A stretch of 64,000 bases of DNA from a virus. Taxonomy: Duplodnaviria > Caudoviricetes. Under the pieces are notes generated by a model. That model was not told the DNA's origin and made no database searches. It was given only the letters and a program-made list of their open reading frames with translations. Shown here one piece after another: positions 57,511 through 64,000 of the stretch. Made by a program: the position numbers and the translations under genes. Numbering within the stretch: the stretch's first letter is position 1; each line of letters starts with the position of its first letter. The stretch covers positions 1-64,000 of the IMG/VR virus record IMGVR_UViG_3300028832_000102; one strand, 5' to 3'.

Positions 57511-57942
57511 TTATTTGGCCTTTGTGTTCCTGCGGTGGCCACGTGTCGGACGGTTACGTATCTCGTCGTAGCGGCGGTTGAAGTCCTCCTGAGAGAGTCC
57601 TGCATCGGCATGGAGTTTCTCGACGATAGCCAGTTCCACGAAGTCCTGACGGGTCATGTTTGGGAACTGCTCGCAGTAGCGCGACACAAGGTTGTACTCC
57701 GCCATGGGAATCTGAGGATTGGGCAGGCGCATGAAGCGCTGCTCCTGTGCGGGTGTCTGTGCTGGTGCTGGTGACGGGGCGGAAGTCGCCGGGGAAGTGC
57801 CAGCCACAGCCGACGGTTGCTGCACGGCGGACTCCGCCTGCTTCTCAATGTTTGCCACGGTGGCTGCCTGCTTTACAATGTCCTGGAAGGAACTGATAGC
57901 TCCCCCACCCTGCTGCATCTGCTTGAATTTATCTTTTGCCAT
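57511..57942 (-). CDS. Putative centromere-binding partition partner (143 aa)
   Basis: Downstream of parA; flexible N-terminus and ribbon-helix-helix-like C-terminus (MTRQDFVELAIVEKL). Confidence 0.55.
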   Translation of the reverse strand: MAKDKFKQMQQGGGAISSFQDIVKQAATVANIEKQAESAVQQPSAVAGTSPATSAPSPAPAQTPAQEQRFMRLPNPQIPMAEYNLVSRYCEQFPNMTRQDFVELAIVEKLHADAGLSQEDFNRRYDEIRNRPTRGHRRNTKAK

Positions 57943-58009
57943 AACCTATATAATTTACGATTATACAATTTACTATTTACAATTTATTAATCCAATTAAT
58001 TATTTGATT

Positions 58010-58222
58010 ATTTAATTAAATGCTTAAATACTTAAATACTTATTAAATTATCTGCTTATGTAATTAACATATTATGTACTTAATTGCTTGATCGTTTAAC
58101 TACTTAAATGCTTAAATGCTTATTAAAGTAAATAATTACCTAATTAAATAAGTATATGCTTATTAAAGTATTTGCTTGAAAGATTAAATAAGTAAACAAT
58201 TAAATGCTTAAATACTTAATTA
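58010..58222. repeat. AT-rich TAAATGCT/TAAATACT repeats, putative parS centromere (also 57470-57510 and 59095-59152)
   Basis: Many short direct and inverted repeats flanking both partition genes and overlapping the parA promoter. Confidence 0.6.
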
Positions 58223-59053
58223 AGCAAACTTCTTCAGATACTCCGTAGCCAGAGCGGTGTAGTCCTCGGCAGCACGTCCGCCTCCATAGGTAGTGAACAC
58301 GTCCTCACGCAGGGCCTGACTCTCGGTGATGTCCTTAGAACGGCGGATGGCCGTCTTGAAAGTCTCGCTGAAGGTGTTGCGTATCTGCGGCTCGTAGAGT
58401 TTGGCAGAGCGGAGCTGAGCGTCGAGTTTAGTAATCAGTATACCATGAATGGCCAGGCGACCTGTGTCTACGCCCACCTTACCGGCAGCCACGGCAATAT
58501 TAGTCATACCCTTTACGCTGGCTTCCTCCAGTTCGGTAGGGATGATGTAGCCGTCGGCAGCATAGAAAGCGTTGTAGGTCATGCGGCTCATAGCGGGCTG
58601 AGTATCAATAAAGATGAAGTCGAAGGCTTCAGCAACTGAAGAGGGTAGGGGAGTGCTTGTGCGGTCGTCGATGGGACGCTGCAGAATTTCCTTCAGTGCC
58701 TTACTTGGATCGGGACGCATGGAGAGGATGGCGTCGATGCCGTTGAGATTGACCGATGCGGGCGTGAAATACAGGCCGTTCTCCGCACGATATACAGGCA
58801 GTCCCTGCTGCTCGTTGCATAGGGCGGTGTAGATGGTGGGCTGACCTGTCAGTTCGTTCTGGTCGTCCCAGCCCAGGAAGTAGGAGAGGTTACGCTGCGG
58901 GTCGCAGTCGATTACTAGAACACGATAACCTTCGATGCGGCGTGCAATAGCCGATGCGAGGTTGAGCACGGTACTGGTCTTGCCGGCACCGCCTTTGTTG
59001 TTTGACACGGCCACGACATGACGCAGCTGATGTGTCTTGGTTTTCTTTGCCAT
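58220..59053 (-). CDS. parA: ParA/Soj partition ATPase (277 aa)
   Basis: Deviant Walker A NNKGGAGKTS, VIDCDPQRN, FIFIDTQP. Confidence 0.92.
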   Translation of the reverse strand: MAKKTKTHQLRHVVAVSNNKGGAGKTSTVLNLASAIARRIEGYRVLVIDCDPQRNLSYFLGWDDQNELTGQPTIYTALCNEQQGLPVYRAENGLYFTPASVNLNGIDAILSMRPDPSKALKEILQRPIDDRTSTPLPSSVAEAFDFIFIDTQPAMSRMTYNAFYAADGYIIPTELEEASVKGMTNIAVAAGKVGVDTGRLAIHGILITKLDAQLRSAKLYEPQIRNTFSETFKTAIRRSKDITESQALREDVFTTYGGGRAAEDYTALATEYLKKFA

Positions 59054-59423
59054 GATAAATAGGTTTTAAAATCGTTGCAGCTGCTGCAAAGATATAATTA
59101 AATAAGCAAATAAGCAAATAATTAAATGCTTATTTAAGTAAATTTAATAATTATAAGCCACAGAATCTAAAGTTAGTGGCCCTTGGCTGCGCCGAGTGCT
59201 GTCCTCACCTCGGCAAAGCAAAGGTAATAAGTCCTTAAACGGACTATCGCAACTGTATCAGCCGTATTCATTTATGTGCAAGCACCTATGAACACGACCG
59301 ATACATTTGCTGTTTAGTTGTCACTAAACTTATTTCCTTTGCTTTGCACTCGGTTCGTCTGCCCTTGCCTTTATAATTCATTCTATATATATTGCGGGAA
59401 AGAAACAACATTTAGCGAAAATT

Positions 59424-60506
59424 ATGATTAGAAAGATTGAAGGCTGTGAGTACCTGAAGCGGTACGACAACATGACGGCGCAGGAACGCGAGGACTACGA
59501 GAGTGTGGTGGGACAGTGGCTCAAAGAGAAAGCTCCGCTACTCGCTGGAAAGTGCAATTCATTCGAGGCACAAATGCAGAATATACTACAGATGGGGCTT
59601 GGGTGGAACGACCGGGAGTGTCAGGCTTTCGACGAGGGAGTCAAACTGTTGACGGCGTTGGTCAACACTGGTGAGACCTGGCTGCCTGACATGCTTTACG
59701 TCAAGTCCGTGAAAAGAGTGGTGAAGAGAATGACGATGGTGCTGGCTACGGCAGTGAAGCCCGTGGCGGAAGCGCCGAAAAACTCTGGTGCGACACCATC
59801 CAAGGTTATGACTATAACAAAAGAGACGGCGCAGCGCATTGTTGAGAAGTACACAAATAGGGTAAAAGAAAAAATGGAGCCCAACGAGGGAACAACAGCG
59901 AATCAAGATGCGACACCTGCTCGTCCTAAACACATAGACCAATACGTGCACCTGCTGCCTCAGAAGACGCAGGAGCACGCTGCGCAGGTACAGGGACTGT
60001 ATCGCGAGCTGGACGAGGCACGTCAGAAGATGGCACTGTTGATGGACGACCAGACAGCTACTCCTGCCGACCGCGAAGCATGGGCGAAGAAGGCTACGAA
60101 ATGCGACAACGCCCTGCGTAAGATCTTCGACGAGCTGGATGCTGAATGGGCCAATCTGGTGAAGTCGGGTAGGGTAATCGTTGATGACCTCGGGATGGCA
60201 CGAAACCTCACCCCCGACCCCTCTCCAAAGGGCGAGGGGAGTGATCAGACATCAGACATCAGACATCAGACCTCAGACCTTACCAGTGAACAGAAGGCAC
60301 GCCGTCGTGAGTTACGTAAGTGGCTGACAGACACCCGCAGGGGTAACGGTGCCGGACGTGAGGAGCGTGTGAAGCAATGGTATGTGAACTTCAAGGAATA
60401 CCTGACACTGGAGGGTGACAAGGCCTTTGAGGACGAGAAGATCAAAGAAGCCATCGCACACTATGGCATTGATAACGCTGCACTCAAAGAGGAAAATAAA
60501 TTGTAA
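59424..60506 (+). CDS. Hypothetical protein, first gene of a late operon (360 aa)
   Basis: Preceded by the tgcccttgcc-N17 motif at 59360. Confidence 0.75.
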   Translation: MIRKIEGCEYLKRYDNMTAQEREDYESVVGQWLKEKAPLLAGKCNSFEAQMQNILQMGLGWNDRECQAFDEGVKLLTALVNTGETWLPDMLYVKSVKRVVKRMTMVLATAVKPVAEAPKNSGATPSKVMTITKETAQRIVEKYTNRVKEKMEPNEGTTANQDATPARPKHIDQYVHLLPQKTQEHAAQVQGLYRELDEARQKMALLMDDQTATPADREAWAKKATKCDNALRKIFDELDAEWANLVKSGRVIVDDLGMARNLTPDPSPKGEGSDQTSDIRHQTSDLTSEQKARRRELRKWLTDTRRGNGAGREERVKQWYVNFKEYLTLEGDKAFEDEKIKEAIAHYGIDNAALKEENKL

Positions 60507-60534
60507 ATTGTAAATAGTCAAATAGTAAATTGAT

Positions 60535-61044
60535 ATGACTTTTGAAACAATCGTAAGGAAATGGTGTAAGCTGTACAGACCAATACTGGACAAGCCGGAG
60601 AGCCGTAAGTTCTTCTTCACGGATTCGAGGGAGAACATGATCGAGATGGCGAAGGGGTGGAAGCCATCCACGTCACCTTGTGTGGTGATGGAGAGCGTGG
60701 CGGAGGGTGCTGGTTCTATTGAACGCCCCACCATGAACTACCCGATATATTTCTTTGTGAGGGCCGAGAAGCAGCGCGACGGCGACAAGGCGTGGCTGGC
60801 TGTAAAGGAGGCTCTTTCGCATAAAGACAATTTCCTTGCGTGGCTGAAAGACAAGTGTAACAAGGAGGAGGAAGAGGGAACGCGCGATGGTGACTTTTCG
60901 CGTATCAACCTGGATAATACCATTCAGGACATTACTACTATCGGTCCAATAGAGGATGGATGGTATGCAATACTGTTGCAGATAGAGCGCGAGGAACCTC
61001 TTAACCAATGTATCGACGAGGATCTGTACATTGAAGAAGACTGA
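60535..61044 (+). CDS. Hypothetical protein (169 aa), possibly a neck/tail-completion protein
   Basis: Late-operon position and size only. Confidence 0.6.
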   Translation: MTFETIVRKWCKLYRPILDKPESRKFFFTDSRENMIEMAKGWKPSTSPCVVMESVAEGAGSIERPTMNYPIYFFVRAEKQRDGDKAWLAVKEALSHKDNFLAWLKDKCNKEEEEGTRDGDFSRINLDNTIQDITTIGPIEDGWYAILLQIEREEPLNQCIDEDLYIEED

Positions 61045-61064
61045 GAAATTCACAAGGAACGCTT

Positions 61065-61394
61065 ATGCCAAAAAAAGACGATAAGAATTTTCACTGCACC
61101 GACATTCAGGCATTGAAGGATAATACCGAGAAGGCGGTGGAGGAGTTTTCAAGGCGATGGATATCCATGCCTAGTTTTACTGAGGACTGTGAGGTGATGG
61201 ACCAAAGACAGTTGCGCGACGCTATGGGACTGCATGCCACTATCGAGGCGGGAGATCCGTGGCCGAGGGCGGAGCAACTGCTGTTGCATGCGGGGTTCCG
61301 CTGGCACTGGCTGGGAGGTATGCGCGTGATGTTCCTGAAGGAGCGTGAGAACTATGAACCGGATGACGGGTGGGAGCGAGCGGAAGAGGTGTGA
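61065..61394 (+). CDS. Hypothetical protein (109 aa)
   Basis: Operonic ORF. Confidence 0.65.
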   Translation: MPKKDDKNFHCTDIQALKDNTEKAVEEFSRRWISMPSFTEDCEVMDQRQLRDAMGLHATIEAGDPWPRAEQLLLHAGFRWHWLGGMRVMFLKERENYEPDDGWERAEEV

Positions 61395-61487
61395 TGTTAG
61401 AGGGCTGAGGGCAGAGGTCAGCAAAACTATCCTCGTACCTCGCACCTCGTACCTCGTACTTCGATAGAAATTAAAATTACAACGCTT

Positions 61488-62150
61488 ATGATTTACAAAG
61501 TTGGAAGCAAAGGAGAAGTGGTAAAACAGATACAACGTGCGCTGGCCGGTGCAGGGCTTGGCGTGGCGGTGGATGGTATCTTTGGTGTGTTAACGGAGGA
61601 AGCAGTACGTGAGTTTCAGCGCACGCACGGCTTAAAGGCAGACGGCATTGTTGGTTCTGCCACCTTAGCTGTCTTAATCCCGTTTAGATTTAAGAAGTCG
61701 AAACGCAGGATCACGGATATCGTGATTCACTGCACGGCGAGTAAGGTGAGTAACGACCTGACGGTGGAGGACATCCGCCGGATGCACAAGAAGCAGGGGT
61801 GGTCGGATATCGGCTACCATTATGTCGTGACCTTAGACGGAAAAGTTCATAACGGGCGCGACGTTGACATTATAGGCGCGCATGTGAGTGGTTTTAACTC
61901 TTACAGCATTGGAATCGTGTATGTTGGCGGGTTGGACGAGCATGGGAAGCCAAAGGACACGCGTAACGACCTGCAGAAAGCCGCACTACTCAGCTTGCTG
62001 GTAGATCTGAGAAAACACTACCCGAAAGCGAAGATCAGTGGACATCGCGATTTCTCGCCCGATCTGAACGGCAATGGCGTCGTGGAAGAGAGCGAATATA
62101 TTAAATGGTGCCCCTGCTTTGACGCAATGACGGAGTACCGAAACATCTAA
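61488..62150 (+). CDS. Endolysin: peptidoglycan-binding domain plus N-acetylmuramoyl-L-alanine amidase (T7 lysozyme-like)
   Basis: VDGIFG..FQRTHGLKADGIVG binding domain; IHCTA, DIGYHY, GAH, GHRD, CPCF amidase motifs. Confidence 0.92.
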   Translation: MIYKVGSKGEVVKQIQRALAGAGLGVAVDGIFGVLTEEAVREFQRTHGLKADGIVGSATLAVLIPFRFKKSKRRITDIVIHCTASKVSNDLTVEDIRRMHKKQGWSDIGYHYVVTLDGKVHNGRDVDIIGAHVSGFNSYSIGIVYVGGLDEHGKPKDTRNDLQKAALLSLLVDLRKHYPKAKISGHRDFSPDLNGNGVVEESEYIKWCPCFDAMTEYRNI

Positions 62151-62190
62151 CGGTTATTGTTTATTGTTTAACGTTTAACGGTTATTGTTT

Positions 62191-62814
62191 ATGGCACAAC
62201 CAAGTACGATACCACAACAGCTGATGACATCGGCGTTGTTACACTTCGAGAACGGCGTACCTATTGACGACTGTAACTGTCGTGTTGACCAGAAGCAACG
62301 GCTGGCACGCGTGAGTCATGTCTATTGGATATGGAAGAAGAATCCTTTTCTGGACACTTTTCAACTATTCAAACAATTGCTAAAGGGAAAGTGTGTAGAC
62401 CGCCATAGCGAGTGGCATGCTGCCAAGAAAGACCAGACACTTTTTGACTTTGTAGTGCAGCATGTAGCACCGACGGACCGTAAGGTGCAGGAGGAGCGTG
62501 TACGTGCCTCGGCCAACCACCTGATGCGTATGGGCATGGAGACGGATAATGCCTTCGCCATCGCCGACGGTGCGAAGATAGCCATGAAGCTCGACCGCCT
62601 GGATCAGCCGGAGAGTGAGCAGGCGGATATGAGTAAAGTGATGTTCCTGCCACCGGTGGTGACAACGAGCGCCAAGGAGGTTGACGACACCAAAGAGGAC
62701 GTAGACGATCAGGAGATGAAGCGTATCATGGCGAAGTATAACGGCTACGTCGATGAGAAGGAACGCGACATCGAAAAGATGGTGGAAGTGATGGAAGCGA
62801 AAGCAGGGGAGTAA
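62191..62814 (+). CDS. Hypothetical protein, possible terminase small subunit (207 aa)
   Basis: Position upstream of terL; helical; no diagnostic motif. Confidence 0.5.
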   Translation: MAQPSTIPQQLMTSALLHFENGVPIDDCNCRVDQKQRLARVSHVYWIWKKNPFLDTFQLFKQLLKGKCVDRHSEWHAAKKDQTLFDFVVQHVAPTDRKVQEERVRASANHLMRMGMETDNAFAIADGAKIAMKLDRLDQPESEQADMSKVMFLPPVVTTSAKEVDDTKEDVDDQEMKRIMAKYNGYVDEKERDIEKMVEVMEAKAGE

Positions 62815-62818
62815 GGAA

Positions 62819-62885
62819 TCGCACATGTTTATTTCAAAAACGGTCCTCGTTCCTGCGGAGTGTTTTTGAAACAAACATGATGCGA
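62819..62885 (+). ncRNA. 3' UTR structured motif, copy 3
   Basis: aaaacggtcctcgttcctgcggagtgttttt core in a third outer stem, 4 nt after a stop codon. Confidence 0.55.
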
Positions 62886-63084
62886 CTGAGAAAAGGAAAA
62901 AGTAAATAAGGCCGTAAGAGAGAGCGATATGAAGAATCTGCATCCATCACAACGCCCGGCGCATCTCCGTCGGGAGAAAGAAAACAAGGACAAACCACTG
63001 CCGAAGAAGACGGACGGCGATACATCCCTGGAGATGGAGAAACTCTTCGGTTTCCGTCCTATAGGCATGGAATGGTAAAAGCGT

Positions 63085-64000
63085 ATGAGTAGAATAGGAA
63101 GCAACCCAGCAGTAAGCAGCGACCATCTGGAAGCCAGAATGCTGCCAAATGTTGAAAACCCTGAACGAGAGTCTGAAGAGAAGGGCGAGTACATGGACTA
63201 CATGGGCGACGGTCAGCATAAGGTATATATGGCTCCGTGGCAGAAGAAGGTGCGCAACTTCGGTTCACGGTCCACGAAGGTGCTGGCTGGACGCGGTACT
63301 GGTAAGTCGGCTTTCCTCGCCTTCAACATGGCCGACGTGACTATCGGCCTGCCTCGAATGATGGGCGGCTTCTGTGGTGCCAGTGCCAAGCAAAACTACA
63401 CCCGAACCATGCCGAACGTGCTGAAAATCATGAACTTGCTCGGCTTCACGGAGGGCGTTTACTATTTTATGGGACAGCCGCCTGCCAAACTCCGTTGGCC
63501 TACACCATTGGCCAAGCCGAGAGTGTGGGAAAACTGTGTGTCGTTCGCCAACGGATTTGTATGGCAGATGATATCGTTAGCAGTAAAGGGTAGTGCCAAC
63601 GGATTAAACCTCTCAGCACTGATGGGCGACGAGACGAAGTACATGCCGTGGCAACGTGTGAAGGAAGAAGTGCTGCCTACGCTACGCGGTGACTTTCTGC
63701 CACCGTCGGTACGGAAGGTGGAACAGAAGCGGTGGGGCTATGGTGTAGATCCCAAACGGAACAACCATTACCTTTCACAATTATGGGTTAGCGACGCGGG
63801 GCTTAATAACCGCGAGTGCCTATGGGAGAAGGATGCTGAGTTTGAGACACTGGAGGTGAATGATAAAATAAAGGTGAAGATGGCTGAACTACGGTACGCC
63901 GAGCGCCATCACCCAAAGCTGGCAGCAGAGTTGGCACAGAACGATAATTTCCTGCGCGAGTTATATGCGCTCCGTACTCAGTCTGAATCATTCTGGCGTT
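63085..64000 (+). CDS. terL: Terminase large subunit, 5' part (runs off the window; absent from the ORF track)
   Basis: Manual translation gives Walker A LAGRGTGKS and Walker B LMGDE. Confidence 0.8.
   Translation, partial: MSRIGSNPAVSSDHLEARMLPNVENPERESEEKGEYMDYMGDGQHKVYMAPWQKKVRNFGSRSTKVLAGRGTGKSAFLAFNMADVTIGLPRMMGGFCGASAKQNYTRTMPNVLKIMNLLGFTEGVYYFMGQPPAKLRWPTPLAKPRVWENCVSFANGFVWQMISLAVKGSANGLNLSALMGDETKYMPWQRVKEEVLPTLRGDFLPPSVRKVEQKRWGYGVDPKRNNHYLSQLWVSDAGLNNRECLWEKDAEFETLEVNDKIKVKMAELRYAERHHPKLAAELAQNDNFLRELYALRTQSESFWR

Overview
This window is part of a temperate Bacteroidota (Prevotella/Bacteroidales-like) tailed phage, probably a phage-plasmid. The host call rests on TTTG-N19-21-TAnnTTTG promoters, lack of Shine-Dalgarno sequences and Bacteroidales-type HU and lipoprotein genes. 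Layout: tail/virion genes and a holin (0.1-15.6 kb); a ~30 kb leftward early/accessory operon (15.7-45 kb) with a DarB-like methyltransferase-SNF2 helicase, a retropepsin, a beta-clamp-like protein, a stand-alone MutS-I domain protein and many small ORFs; an IS200/IS605 element with intact tnpB (47.5-49.6 kb); a plasmid-type replication/partition module with Rep, iterons, a DnaA-N/AAA protein, ParA and a partner (53-59 kb); then endolysin and the 5' part of the large terminase (61.5-64 kb). The main discovery is a reverse transcriptase (33839-35446) that is not retron-, DGR- or intron-like. With a 362-aa partner gene, it sits among seven ~155-195 nt non-coding units (31.4-35.8 kb). The units differ in sequence but share one architecture: a covarying closing stem, a covarying pseudoknot, conserved linker motifs and a long variable hairpin. 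This looks like an RT with an array of template ncRNAs. The second highlight is a ~130 nt stand-alone transcript (16262-16394) carrying both a type I-C-like CRISPR repeat and a Cas12a repeat handle, a candidate dual RNA anti-CRISPR. All calls are by eye from the sequence; no database searches or folding programs were run.
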